From Diplonema japonicum (lineage: Eukaryota; Protista; Euglenozoa: Diplonemea), in NCBI GenBank assembly GCA_964019335.1, contig OZ025650.1:558001-622000 (forward strand): 64,000 nt of DNA. Reading direction: 5' to 3'. Positions 10,457 through 22,641 of this stretch are shown here, in pieces; the first letter of the stretch is position 1, and every line of letters begins with the position of its first letter. The notes beneath the pieces were generated by a model. It ran no database searches. It had not been told where the DNA came from and was given only the letters and a program-made list of their open reading frames with translations. The translations under genes and the position numbers were made by a program.

Positions 10457-10807
10457 CCTGCCTGGAACATGATGGTACGAAGGAGAAAGGGTGGAATAAA
10501 AAGAGAGCGAAAGAAAGAATGAACAACTATTTGCTTGTGTCATGATTTTTTGTGTACTTATTCCATATTAGACTTTACGTATCTTAAGAGCAAAGCAAAC
10601 CCCAACCGCAGATATTACGTACAGGTGAAGCAAACGGTTGGATCTGCTGTGGACTTGGTTGTGGAAACAAACAAGCCTAGCAGCAATACTGTTGTCTTGG
10701 CGGCTTGCCGATGTGTCGTCGAGAAAGCATACCAAGCGTGTTACCTGAAAACGGCCGCAGTGCCATCTGTGTTGTGAGATTTGAATTGTGTCATACATCA
10801 GCAACGG

Positions 10808-12229
10808 TTATAGCACTTCCCGAAGAAGGGCGCTGAGTACGTTCCAAGAGAAAAGGTTCCGTCGTGTTGCGCGACACGCTTGACGAACGCACCTGTGGGC
10901 GAACATATGAACTGCAAACATCAAGCATACCGTGCCAGACTGCATGAACAGCGTGTGACCCGGTTGCTTATCGATACTTATAAAGGGGTTTGAAGGGTTG
11001 AGGTTAAGCAACGGGTTTGACCCCAGAGGAGGGGGCTTCACCTCGCTCAGCCGCGGTAGCTGCTTCTTAGGCTTCTTCTTCGGGGCTATACAGATCCCAC
11101 CCGATGACCTCACAATGTTGGTAGGAGGTGTCGGGTTCGAGCGCAGCACGAGACGCTTCTTTGTCGATGCGTAGCTATCGTCTCTTTTACTTTTCTCCCT
11201 CTCTTTCTCCTTTGCTCGTTCTTTTTCCTTTTCCTTTTCTTTCTCCTTGCCTCTATCACTCTCAGGATCACCTTGACCGTGTTGGAACAAGTAAGCGCTG
11301 CTCTTCCACAAGGGGTTGATCTTACTGCTCATCTCTGTATTATAGTCACCGTCGAACCAAGGATGCCGCAGCGCCTCTTCACTGCTTACTCGTTTCACGG
11401 GGCTCAACTGGAGCAAGCACTTCAGGAACTGGATTGCTTTCCTGGAAGCTTTGCCGCGGAAATATGTCTCGAGTGTTTCTGGATGCACAACTTTAGGAAG
11501 GGTGTAGCCCTCGAACCTTGGGTTGTTGTTGAAGGTGGTGACCTGCGAAGGGGAGAAGTTCCCGAGCATCTTTTGGATGAGGAAGAGTTGGCCGGCTTCC
11601 GATTCCCCAGGGAACAACGCCTGTGCGTCGATCATCTCACTCATAATGCACCCGATGGACCATATGTCGACTTTCTCATCATAGTTAGTAGTTCCAAGCA
11701 GCAGCTCCGGCGACCTGTACCATCTTGTCGCCACGTAGTCGGTGTACTCGGGTATCGGTGTGTTCTGCGCAGAAGGCCTCGCAAAACCAAAATCACAAAG
11801 CTTCAAAGTTTTCTCTTTCGAGTTGATCAGAAGGTTCTCTGGCTTAATATCCCGATGCAGCACGTTTGCTGAATGGCATGAGTGGATCGCTTCTAGCAGC
11901 ATGTAAGTAAATCTTTTCACCAGATCAGCCGGCAATCCTTTTGGGTAATTCTCCAACACTTCCAAAAGGTTCTTTCCCACGTACTCGAAGACGAGGTACA
12001 GTCTGCCCTTTCTTCTGAAAGCCTCTTTCAGTCCGACTATGCCCCTGCGGTCTCTCAGCATTCTGAGAACTTTTACCTCTCTCAGAGTTGTTTTTTTCAC
12101 CATCTCATCTTCTTCTGATTCTTTGAACTTCTTAACGGCTACTAGCTCACCCGTCTCCCTGTTCCTGCATCGAAGCACAATGCCGTAGGCACCTTCTCCC
12201 ACCGAATCGAGTACTTCGTATTTGTTCAT
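10808..12229 (-). CDS. Cyclin-dependent kinase-like kinase (CDKL5/LF5 type); true 3' end lies further downstream after splicing
   Basis: MNKYEVL..VGEGAYGIVLRCRN..VAVKKFKESEEDEMVKKTTLREVK, HRDIKPEN, DFG, TDYVATRWYRSPE. Intron 10893-10930; further exons probably reach about 10570-10680. Confidence 0.9.
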   Translation of the reverse strand: MNKYEVLDSVGEGAYGIVLRCRNRETGELVAVKKFKESEEDEMVKKTTLREVKVLRMLRDRRGIVGLKEAFRRKGRLYLVFEYVGKNLLEVLENYPKGLPADLVKRFTYMLLEAIHSCHSANVLHRDIKPENLLINSKEKTLKLCDFGFARPSAQNTPIPEYTDYVATRWYRSPELLLGTTNYDEKVDIWSIGCIMSEMIDAQALFPGESEAGQLFLIQKMLGNFSPSQVTTFNNNPRFEGYTLPKVVHPETLETYFRGKASRKAIQFLKCLLQLSPVKRVSSEEALRHPWFDGDYNTEMSSKINPLWKSSAYLFQHGQGDPESDRGKEKEKEKEKERAKEKEREKSKRDDSYASTKKRLVLRSNPTPPTNIVRSSGGICIAPKKKPKKQLPRLSEVKPPPLGSNPLLNLNPSNPFISIDKQPGHTLFMQSGTVCLMFAVHMFAHRCVRQACRATRRNLFSWNVLSALLREVL

Positions 12230-12911
12230 TCTAAGTCATAGCACACCTGGAGGAGTGACGGGGGCACTAGCAAAAATAAGTAAGTGTAAAGAAACAGAAA
12301 GCAACTTAAGAATTGTGGATGGGTGGCTGAGAGGGCAATGGAAAGGAACTTTAAATGCGGTTGCACTGCCACCTGCAAAGTGGCGGAGGACCCAGACACT
12401 CAACGCAGTAACCTGTCTCAATCCACATCACATGAATGCACCAAACGATAAATAGAAGAGACAGCCACCACTACAGTAAGCTGCTGCACCAACAACCAGC
12501 AAATGCGAACTAAACTTTCTCCAAGGCCGTTGGAACAAATGGGAAGAAACTCCGAAAGCAAAACACGAAGGAAAGAGAGAAGGTGCAAGCAATAAGTGGA
12601 TTCAGAAGGCTGAGTTTCGAGATTACCAGCTGCAAGCACCAAGAAAAGACCAACAAGAACGTCTGCCCGAAGACAAGGGAATACAGCACATAGGGGTTAA
12701 GGAAAGAGTGAATAATATAAGGGAGGCAAGTTAAGAATGGGACAAAGGTCTGGCTCAGAGCTGTGTCGGTATGGTATCTAAGCAACATCATCAGGCCGTT
12801 CTCTGCAACCGCGAGGAACAAAGCTGAGGAACTACTCCGTGACACTGACTCACCGGGGCAATCTATCCTTCTCGGGTAGTAACAGAACAGTTAGACAGAT
12901 CACAGTTGTAG

Positions 12912-14234
12912 CTACTTCAGAGGAGTAGGGTTAATTGGCACTTGGAACTTGGCCAATCTTGGCCAGAGTGCTTTATGAGCAATGATTGTAGACAAAGGTG
13001 TGCGGCCTCTGAATGTGGCCGAGTCAACACTCGACTCGTCCCACTTCCCGAGCGCCATGTGACAGTACTTGAACATGGCACGTATCTGGGGTATCTTTGT
13101 GCAAGACTCAGCAACGTTGTTATTGGGGTCCAGCGGGTCACACACGCTGACTGCAGTTGAGTGCACCTTTGGAGTGACTGGCGGCGGCACTGTCTCGCTG
13201 AGAGCGACAGACCTGTTCATAAAGTCAAACTCAAGTCCGTAGAATTTCAGGAATTCCTAAAAGAATGTTACTCAAAACGCAGCATACCTTGAGAAGGACA
13301 CCAGGTTGTATCTCTTCGCCGTTGTCCATAAGCTGGCACAGATGAAGTACCATTATGATGACTGAGAAAGACGAAAGACCACCCGATGGAACATCGTTGA
13401 GGTTGCACTGCGATAGAACGGTCCTGTGCTCGTGTTCTATGTAAGTTGTGTGGCATACCTGACAGCCATGATGACACTGCTGGCGGCGGGGTACTTTTGT
13501 AACTGGTGCTTGATGACAGACACAGAGGACCTGACAGGTGACTTCCCCGTCGTGATGGTGATGTTGCCCACGAGACCGGATTTCATGTTCTTTGCTTTCA
13601 GGAAAGCTCCTGTCTCCGATCCATCAAGTGTTCCCAGGATTTCAAACCCGTTCTGTGTCACACTCTGCACAAAGGCCTGGAAGGACTCCTGCAGGGGCGA
13701 CACGCAGTCCTCGATGACCATGTCGACGTCGGAAGCCGGGAGGGACAGGTTGTAGGCAAATGAGCCGTACACCTTGACAGTGGCTGAGGGCCATGTCCAC
13801 TGGGCCATCTCTTGCAGTGCGCTCCTCAGCATGTTTCTGGACGCTTTCTCCTCCTCCGTCAGGACCATGAACCTGCCGAAGCTCGTGACTTCTTCATTCA
13901 AAGATGTCTTGCTGATGTCCTCGACACCGCCGATCTTCAACCAAGGCGCAGCACTTCCTTCGCCACTGCTGCTGGCCTCGCTGCTTGACCCACAGCTCAG
14001 ATGATGTTCCTTGCTTCTCACACCCTTGGTTTTCCTGCCTCTGACACCGCTCCTTCTAGCTGCTTGCATCACGGTCCTAGGCATCCTGTTCAAGGTGTCA
14101 CTGCTGAGCTCGTCGGTCCCGTAGTCGGAGTCATGCCAACCCCCATGGGAATGTCCCCCATGCCCCCCATAGCCTCGCGCATTTTGAGTTCTCATCATGT
14201 TGTAGTTTGCAGGGGCATTCTGGCGGCCGCTCAT
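12912..14234 (-). CDS. Non-canonical poly(A) polymerase / terminal nucleotidyltransferase (Trf4/PAPD5-like)
   Basis: YGSFAYNLSLPASDVDMVI. After removing introns 13424-13458 and 13257-13287: LNDVPSGGLSSFS...LLKEFLKFYGLEFDF...VCDPLDPNNNVA. Confidence 0.88.
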
Positions 14235-14596
14235 TTTGCTAAGATTCCCTGTATGCACTAGAGAGTACAACAATATATCAAGGAGAGGGATAGGGCACCA
14301 TAGGGGAAACCATAAACAAATAAAGTGCGACATCAGCCACAACAAGAAGAGTGTGCTCCCGTGCTTCTGCACAGTGGTAAAATGGCAGCCCGTCTTCGAA
14401 TCAACAACAGATGGCAAGAGTGGGGTCACTGACAAACTATAAAAAAAAACACAACAAAAGGGGCCGCCTTGCACGTACTAAGAAGAAACAAAACACTAAA
14501 GAATATAAAAAAAAATACTACGCCGCAACGTGGTCCATTTTCTCATCCCTTTTATCCTCTTCCTCCTGCAAGAATAATAACATTACAAATTGTAGA

Positions 14597-16708
14597 TCAT
14601 ACCACAGACGGGGGAAGTTCATCTTCAGCGAAGGGACGCGGCCCTATCAAGTCTATGAAATCTTGACGTGTGATAGACTCGTGTTCCAGAAGGTGTTCTG
14701 CAATCTTCTTGATTTCCACTTTCTTCTCATCGATAAGGTCCATGGTGCGCTTGAAAGCTTTGTCAACAAGAAGCTTGGCTTCTATATCTATTGTACAAGA
14801 GATCTCTTCCGAGTAGGGCTTTCTAATGTTGGTTTCTGATGTACCAGGTGCCGGGTAGCTTACGACGTTCCCTAGTTTCTCACGTGCCATGCCGAAGGTG
14901 GCCACTGCAGAATAAGACATGCGGGTGACTTTCGACAGATCATCCTGCGCGCCTGTTGACAAATGCTTGAAGTGGTACAACTCAGAAGCACGTCCCCCGA
15001 GGGTCATGCAGATGCTGTCGAAGATTTGCTGATATGTCTGCATCTGTTTCTCAGAAGGAAGGTACTGTGCATATCCCAACGCTGCGCTGCCCCGAGGCAC
15101 AATCGAGATTTTCATCAATGGATCGCAGTGTTCCAAGAACCACCCAACAACAGCGTGCCCTGCCTCGTGGTACGCAACCGCTCTCTTTTCGAAGTCTGAC
15201 ATGGACCGCGATCTCTTCTCGATCCCGCCGATCACCCTATCCACAGCCTTCTCCATGCAGCCAAGGTCTACAAATGACTTCCTTTCCCTTGCAGCGATCA
15301 AAGCACCTTCGTTACAGATATTCGCTATGTCAGCACCGACGAAACCTGGAGACATCTGCGACATCCTTCTGCTGATGTTCTTTTTTACCGCTAAGCTGTT
15401 CGGCTGGATCGCCTTGTTGAAGGCTTCCTTATCGCTGGACACTTTCCTCTTGAGGTTGTGTTTCCTGCCGGTTATTACTTTCACGGTCTTATCTTCTTCA
15501 TCATCTTCCTTCGCAACATCCGCATCTTCCTTGATGGGAAGCCCCAGAAGGGTGCGCTTTTCATTGTCTGCTTGTAAGGAATTAGAGGGATCAAGCTCCT
15601 GGTTCTTGTATGCGAGCGACGGGACTAAGTTGATGGTGTTGAGGTGCGTTTCAAAGATCTCCTCGCGTTCCTTTACATTAGGCCTGTCAATGAAAACCTG
15701 TCGGTCAAATCGGCCAGGGCGCAGCAGAGCATCATCCAGTGACGAAGGAGACACGTTTGTGGAAGCAAGTACAATAATCTTACCGTCGGTCTTCTGAAAC
15801 CCATCCATTTCAATGAGGAGCTGATTCAGTGTGTTCTCTCGTTCAGAAGACCCTCCGCTGAACATGGACCCACCTCTTTTCCTCCCCACAGCATCGACTT
15901 CGTCGATGTAAATAATAGAACGGGGGTGTTTCTTTGCTGCTTTGAACAATTCCCTGACACGTGCAGCACCCACACCAACATACATCTCAACAAAATCGGC
16001 ACCGCAGACAGAATAAAAAGGTACCCCAGACTCGCCTGCCACTGCTTTGGCGAGAAGTGTCTTACCGGTACCAGGAGGGCCAAATAAGATGGCACCACTC
16101 GGAACCTTAGCACCGAGCTTTGTGAAGCGTTCTGGGTGCTTCATGATATCGACAAACTCTTGGATCTCCTTCTTTGCCTCTGTCATGCCCGCAACGTCCT
16201 TGAACTTCGTTTTGCTGCCGAACACTGGCTTGAATTTGTCTTTTTGTGTGTTCATCATGGAAGGGATGTCGGTTCTGGTTACCATCCTTGTAGAGTGCAA
16301 TAAGACACCCACCCACAGCAGCCAACCGAGCATTGGAGCTAGGTCCATGAGGTCCGTACGGTCGTCGTACTGCACAGTGAGGCAGTCCGATGGCTTGATC
16401 CCTAGAGCTTCCTCGGCCTCGGCAAGCGACAGTTCGAAACCCTTTAGCGATGACACAGTGAACCAGTATGCGTAGCCTGTGTCTTTGATATAAACCTTCA
16501 CCGCAGCACGCTTGTTTCCTGTGATAACTTTGACCTTCTCCACGTCACCCTTCGGGAGGATAGTGTCCCGGAACACCTGCCAGCTGATCTCCTTGTCAGG
16601 CCTTGAGTTTTTGTTGCTCCACACCAGCCACCACAAGAGAGCACTCGATGTACTGATCAGCAACACTGCACGTGGGCGCGTCGCCCAGAAATCATTGTTG
16701 TTGTTGTT

Positions 16709-16743
<35 letters not shown>

Positions 16744-17101
16744 CGTCGTCGTTGTTGTTGTTCTCACTGTTCTTGTCATCTTCGTTGTCCTTGTTTGCCT
16801 TGGCCCGCGACGTGCTTTTGGGCGGTGACTGAGGTGATTGTTGGCTTTTTTCAGCCTTTTTACTTTCCTTGGCGGATCCTTTTCTTCCAACTTTTCTTGA
16901 GTTCACTACCCCGTTCCAGGTCTTTTCAATATCCCATTTTACTGTCTCACTGAATGAAGGCAGTCGCTCTGGTAGTTGGTGTATGCGAGGTGCGATTTGA
17001 ACTGGTCCGGAACTGTCCCGCCCAGTGTGGCATGCTCTCCGTTGTATTATACTCACGAAAGGCTTTCTACGGAGCATTTTAACACTGCTCCTGTTTAACA
17101 T
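14597..17101 (-). CDS. Mitochondrial m-AAA FtsH-family metalloprotease (AFG3/paraplegin-like)
   Basis: Arg-rich presequence, two TM segments, GPPGTGKT, IDEVD, LLRPGRFDR, HEAGH, GAQDDL. Confidence 0.95.
16694..16762. repeat. (TTG)n/(AAC)n microsatellite encoding poly-Asn in the FtsH N-terminus
   Basis: About 20 tandem TTG units. Confidence 0.95.
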
Positions 17102-17164
17102 TGCGAAAGCTAATCCAAATTAAAAACACAAGTAAAAGTATACTGAATGCTAAAACTGATACCC

Positions 17165-18074
17165 CTACTCTGACCAAGTGACAGCGATGATTTCCCTGTC
17201 ATTGTCTACACCATCTATAAGCTTCTTCACAGGCTTCACAACTAGTCTCCTTTCATCATCGTCTGCGTTGAGGATGCTGCTAAGCTCTGTGGTCCCACCG
17301 CCGCATCCAAAGTACATCTGTCATTGTACGTTTCCTTGTGTTGTGTCCTCATACCGTTTTCGAGCCCACATACGCCACACCATCGGGGTAGGCAAGGAAT
17401 TTTTTCATGAACTTGGTAAGGGCTCGTGCAGCGTTTACGGTGTACAGTGTGTCTGTCGAGAGGATCACATCAGCCGTGAGTTCAGATGGGGGTGTTGCTG
17501 CCATAGCTTCCCAGTCACCAGCCCAGAACTCGCAATGTGATGCAATTTTTTCGACAGCAGGTGAGCTTCCGGCTTGAAGGTTAACAAACACGTTGGGTGT
17601 GGTTAGCAACCGCAGAACCTCCTTGTTGTAATCTTGAAAGACAACTTTCTTAGCTCCTAAGCTCAGTGCTGTAATTCCAGGAATACCGTGTCCACAGCCA
17701 GCCTCGATGACTGTCTTTCCGGACATGCTGTCACTTTGACTCTCCTTTAGATAGTTGCACAAGTCCCCTGCACATGACCACAGCTTAAACCCCCCTTCGT
17801 AGACACCGTTTATGATGTCTGTGTGCTTCAGTTCCTTCCCAAATGCGCACTCTTTGTCACTCAGCATCGATGGCTGCAATCGCACGATTTTGACACCTGC
17901 CTCTGTCATCGTTGAGAGCTCTTCCTCTTCCATTTCTCGCGTCAACTCGTCAACACCGTAGCTGTCGATGACCCACACCAGCGTCTCGGGTGGCGGTACT
18001 ACATGCTTTTCCTCATCTTTCTGCACAACCGCAGCTTCCCCTCCAAAATCAAAGCAAAAACCACCGCCGTCCAT
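17165..18074 (-). CDS. METTL18: Histidine protein methyltransferase 1 homolog (METTL18/Hpm1 family)
   Basis: GVYEGGFKLW, VIEAGCGHGIPG, FQDYNKEVL. The 37-nt intron 17318-17354 restores KTMYFGCGGG; stop at 17165. Confidence 0.85.
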
Positions 18075-18148
18075 TTTGTTTCCTTGGCAAGCACATGTGT
18101 ACGAAACAACAAGGGTATTGAAAGAATTGAGACATTATTCTGCTGCTT

Positions 18149-18811
18149 TCAGCTATTCATCCGCTCCACGATATCATCAGGTAGTATGTCACTTAGGGTG
18201 AGACACTTCGATCGTGTCGTTCTGCTGCTAGAGAAGGTGATGTTGTCCCTTGGGATTTTGAGTTTTTTCGACAAAAATTTAAACAATTCTGTATTAGCAG
18301 CTCCAAGCCGTGCTGGTGCTGAGACATCCATCTCAAGGGACTCTGCTTTGGAGCGGCGTATGTCCGTTGGGTTCATGATGGCAGTCGTAGGCCTCCCTGG
18401 TCTGACGTCCACTGCAATTTTCACCCAACAGGGGTCTGTGGATACAGATACGATCCACCCGCCGTGGTTAGCGGCAGGGACTTCCCCGTCACTCTTGTAG
18501 TCTTCTTCTTCAACAGTGCTGGTTTCCTGCTGCGACTGCAGTGCCTGGTACTGTTCGATAACAATCATCACACTCGGTACGCCAACGTTTAGCTCTGCAA
18601 CTTCTTTCAGTTCCTTCAGCATCTGCTTTGCTTTACTGTCGTTACCACCAATGCTTAGCTGCAATGGTATTTCTGGGTACGACTCGGGCATCCGCATGTA
18701 CAGTATGCACCCACCCACGTCGATTTCTATGTTGCTTCCGTCTATCTTTACCTCATCTCCGAACACGCACACCAATGCCTCCAGCTCCTCTCGTTGCTCC
18801 TCATTCGCCAT
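18149..18811 (-). CDS. RWD domain + DUF167 (YggU/UPF0235) fusion protein
   Basis: EEQREELEAL...MPESYPEIP...GVPSVMIVIE (RWD); VDVRPGR...VSAPARLGAANTELFKFLSKKLKIP...RSKCLTL (DUF167). Confidence 0.75.
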   Translation of the reverse strand: MANEEQREELEALVCVFGDEVKIDGSNIEIDVGGCILYMRMPESYPEIPLQLSIGGNDSKAKQMLKELKEVAELNVGVPSVMIVIEQYQALQSQQETSTVEEEDYKSDGEVPAANHGGWIVSVSTDPCWVKIAVDVRPGRPTTAIMNPTDIRRSKAESLEMDVSAPARLGAANTELFKFLSKKLKIPRDNITFSSSRTTRSKCLTLSDILPDDIVERMNS

Positions 18812-18937
18812 TTTCCTTGTGATGTTAGACACAGTACGGAGAGGCGAGATCGTAATACCACTAATGAAAAAAGTAAAAAGACTGATAAAGCTACTGATCT
18901 TAGAATCCGAAACAAGAGGCCAATGAGGTTCGCCTAC

Positions 18938-19549
18938 CTATTTCTCGGGGATCTCGATCTCGCCGTTCTGGATCTGCTCCTGGATGTCGGTGGGGTCCTC
19001 ACCGTTCACACGGCAACCAATGGAGTTGGCTGTGCCCAGAATCTCCTTGGTGCAGAGAGCAAGGGTCTTGGCCATGGATGAGGGCCACATGGTACGGGCA
19101 ATGTCAATGACGTCCTCAAGGGGGATGTTGCCGTCGTGCTTGATGTTCTTCACCTTCTTACGGTCCCTGGGAGGCTCCTTGAGGGCCTTGATCAGAAGGG
19201 ACGAGGCCTGTGGGTGATGATTGAGTTTGTCCTTGTATGCATACCGAGGGAAGCACGGAAACAGCTGCCTGCCTGTTCTTCACGGTCAACTTCACGGTAA
19301 TCTTCAAACCCTAAAAAGTGTGGCGACATATAAAATAATAAAACAAAGCATACCTTCCACGCCTTAGTGTTCTTCATGATGTCATCACCGACCTTCTTGG
19401 CTGCGAGACCCATAGGACCCACCTGTGTAATTGCACAATTGTTTCCATATACATACCTTAGGGGCCAACGAAGCGGCGGCGGGCACTTCACCTCCGACGG
19501 CACGGAGGATCACGATCTTCTCCTCATTGGGGTCGAACTTAGGGGGCAT
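18938..19549 (-). CDS. RPL12: 60S ribosomal protein L12 (uL11), copy 1
   Basis: MPPKFDPNE...VGGEV...[18 protein letters not shown]; introns 19423-19456, 19311-19353, 19208-19244. Confidence 0.97.
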
Positions 19550-19635
19550 ATTGAGTGTTCTTTCTTATGTAATCTGTCAAATGTTATAATAATAGCTTGT
19601 ATGCAGATGTTTAACTAAAATCACTCGTATGACAC

Positions 19636-20247
19636 CTATTTCTCGGGGATCTCGATCTCGCCGTTCTGGATCTGCTCCTGGATGTCGGTGGGGTCCTCAC
19701 CGTTCACACGGCAACCAATGGAGTTGGCTGTGCCCAGAATCTCCTTGGTGCAGAGAGCAAGGGTCTTGGCCATGGATGAGGGCCACATGGTACGGGCAAT
19801 GTCAATGACGTCCTCAAGGGGGATGTTGCCGTCGTGCTTGATGTTCTTCACCTTCTTACGGTCCCTGGGAGGCTCCTTGAGGGCCTTGATCAGAAGGGAC
19901 GAGGCCTGTGGGTGATGATTGAGTTTGTCCTTGTATGCATACCGAGGGAAGCACGGAAACAGCTGCCTGCCTGTTCTTCACGGTCAGCTTCACGGTGATC
20001 TTCAAACCCTAAAAAGTGTGGTGACATATAAAATAATAAAACAAAGCATACCTTCCACGCCTTAGTGTTCTTCATGATGTCATCACCGACCTTCTTGGCT
20101 GCGAGACCCATAGGACCCACCTGTGTAATTGCACAATTGTTTCCATATACATACCTTAGGGGCCAACGAAGCGGCAGCGGGCACTTCACCTCCGACGGCA
20201 CGGAGGATCACGATCTTCTCCTCATTGGGGTCGAACTTAGGGGGCAT
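19636..20247 (-). CDS. RPL12: 60S ribosomal protein L12 (uL11), copy 2 (698-bp tandem duplicate)
   Basis: Near-identical to copy 1, including all three introns. Confidence 0.97.
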
Positions 20248-20342
20248 ATTGAGTGTTCTTTCTAAGATCTGTGATATATTTGCAAAAAGAAACCTTGTCA
20301 TAAATGAAAATTGTCCGGTAAGGAAATGCTGACCGATGTAAA

Positions 20343-21740
20343 TCAGTTATCAACATGCTCCGGTCCTTCAATACTTCGCAACAACTGCAGGTGCATAGCT
20401 TCTGTAAGCACTTTCGACTTATGCCGCTTCCGATGGGGGTCTGCAATTTCTGGAAGTGCCAATACGGGTTTGTTGACAGGGGAAAGAGGAACCTTTCTAC
20501 AGGGGCGCACAAGTTTGAGAGGTATCTTCGTCAACATCGGGGGGCTTATCGGTATATCATGGTTTAGCCGTAGGGACGTTAAGGGCCCAGTTGTCGCAGT
20601 GCGTATCTTCGTGATGTTCGCCCATGCTGTTGTAAGCACCTCTGAAAGCTTCCTAGGATGCGACAGCGGGTCACCCTCATTGTTGCTGTCAAGAGTGTTA
20701 GCTGGAAGAGGGGGCAAAGGGATGGCCATCTCAGTCGATGTTTCATCATCGTTCCATGTCAACAGCAGTCTATGCATTGAAGCTAGGAAGGAAGACATGC
20801 TCTCGGTGGTGTAGGCCAATCTATGCTGCGTGTCGTCTAACATGCTTTTAAGCTCGTCCCTCGTGGTTTTTTCCTGCTTGAGTTGGCCTTCAGCAATCCA
20901 CAATTGCGACTCTAGCAGGTCTGTGATTCTCTGTTGTTCACCCCCCTTGAGGAGAGGACCATGACCGTCGGCATCATAGTCGTGTATAAGCATGACATCA
21001 CGCTCCTGAATAGCGGTGACTCTTCGGAGCATCGCGTTCTTCTCCACAACCCTGTTTACGGAGTCTAGCCACTTCTTTTGTTTACCATCCGACAACAGCT
21101 CCTTCCCCTTGTCACCCAACAGACCAATGAGGTATATAATCATCGCTGATGCTCCTTGGAGCGTGGTCTTGTGCTTACACTCTTTAACGTCCGTCACTTC
21201 GATGGCAGGCTTCACGATACTCAGTTTTGGATTGTCGGGAAGCTGGGCACCGATAGCATCCATTATCCGATGCAAGTTGCTTAAAAAAGAGGTAGGTGTC
21301 TTCATCTCACACTCAGTCGATGAAGCACTACCACTTTCCTGCAGGCTGGATTCCCGTAGGCGAAAAGGAGTCCACGACTCGCTTGACTCTTCCTGCCAAA
21401 GTTTTTGTGCTTTGTTGACCTGTTCCATGCTAGTTTTCAAAGAGGCCTCAATCCTATGTCGAGGCCCTTTGAGAAAGGGTGAAAGCGAGGGAATAATGGA
21501 CTCAGAACTATCTGCTTTCTTCAAATCAGCTTGTCCTCTCTGTGATTTGCGGGTGTTTACTGATTTTGCAGCATTGATGACCTTCAGCGGGATTCCTTTG
21601 CATACGGCCACTCTCTCTTTCTCCTCGACAACCCCCGAGATGATCTTCTCTGACAGGATGCTCACTTCATTTTGCTCATTTAGCCGCTTTACCTCTTTCC
21701 TTCTGGCATGTTTTCGGTATGTGTCGGCAGGCATTTTCAT
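20343..21740 (-). CDS. Hypothetical coiled-coil protein
   Basis: 465-aa ORF co-oriented with the cluster; no family recognised. Confidence 0.7.
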   Translation of the reverse strand: MKMPADTYRKHARRKEVKRLNEQNEVSILSEKIISGVVEEKERVAVCKGIPLKVINAAKSVNTRKSQRGQADLKKADSSESIIPSLSPFLKGPRHRIEASLKTSMEQVNKAQKLWQEESSESWTPFRLRESSLQESGSASSTECEMKTPTSFLSNLHRIMDAIGAQLPDNPKLSIVKPAIEVTDVKECKHKTTLQGASAMIIYLIGLLGDKGKELLSDGKQKKWLDSVNRVVEKNAMLRRVTAIQERDVMLIHDYDADGHGPLLKGGEQQRITDLLESQLWIAEGQLKQEKTTRDELKSMLDDTQHRLAYTTESMSSFLASMHRLLLTWNDDETSTEMAIPLPPLPANTLDSNNEGDPLSHPRKLSEVLTTAWANITKIRTATTGPLTSLRLNHDIPISPPMLTKIPLKLVRPCRKVPLSPVNKPVLALPEIADPHRKRHKSKVLTEAMHLQLLRSIEGPEHVDN

Positions 21741-21785
21741 TCCTTTGTGTGCTGCAATCAGTGTGAATAAACAAAAGAACTGTCA

Positions 21786-22571
21786 CTAGCTCGGTGCTGC
21801 GAGCTCCAAGTGCTCGTCATCTACAATATCTTCGTTCTCTGTCCACATAGACACGTTCTCGCGGAGCCGATCCAGAACCTCCAAGGCATGAGATCGCTCG
21901 TAGGGTGCAAGGGCGTCTATCATAATGGTGGATTCATCAAAGGCTTGTTTGGCGATGGCTACTCCTTGATCGGGAGATTTAGTTATTTCGTAAGCAAGGA
22001 TGCTGCGGTTAAGAGCAACACCAAGACGCAATGCGTGTGCAGCCGGTAAAAAATTTTCAGCTAAGTTTGCTGCTGTGCCGTATGCTTCCTCTGCACGCAC
22101 TCTGCATTGTTCGTCAGGCTCAATCTCGCACAGGTATCTGTTGTAATCACCGATCATGGTGTGGATCAGCACGCGCGCACCTGCATCACCTTCGAGCAAA
22201 CGGTCTAGCACTGGCGGTAGTAGTTCTAATGCGTCTTCACATATTCCACGAATATCATTTTCACAGCTTTTCACAACTTCTTTCACATAAGTTTCATCAA
22301 TCTTCCCCTGGACACGCATCAGTCGCAATGAAGTTCTGTGTTGCTCTATCGTCAGTTTGAATGCTGCGCAGATCAGCTCCACTTCGCTCAGTGCCACAAG
22401 CTGGCACATCTTTATTAGCGAGACCGCACATACAAGCATCTCCGCTCCCCGTCCAGCTTTTTCCAGAAGTTTTGCAGTCTGTACCAGTGCCTCCGCAGAT
22501 GAAGGTGGCGTGTAAGCCTCTAAAGGAACTGGCTTAATATTTAAATCACTAGTTAAAACTTTTCCGTCCAT
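21786..22571 (-). CDS. Divergent 14-3-3 family protein
   Basis: MIGDYNRYLCE, LPAAHALRLGVALN..YEI..SPDQG..IAKQAFDE, LRENVSMW. Confidence 0.88.
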   Translation of the reverse strand: MDGKVLTSDLNIKPVPLEAYTPPSSAEALVQTAKLLEKAGRGAEMLVCAVSLIKMCQLVALSEVELICAAFKLTIEQHRTSLRLMRVQGKIDETYVKEVVKSCENDIRGICEDALELLPPVLDRLLEGDAGARVLIHTMIGDYNRYLCEIEPDEQCRVRAEEAYGTAANLAENFLPAAHALRLGVALNRSILAYEITKSPDQGVAIAKQAFDESTIMIDALAPYERSHALEVLDRLRENVSMWTENEDIVDDEHLELAAPS

Positions 22572-22641
22572 TGTTTTCCCCCTCCTCTTTCTGGGTGGTT
22601 TTTGTTTTGTATATAAAGCAGTATGTCACGACGATGGACGT

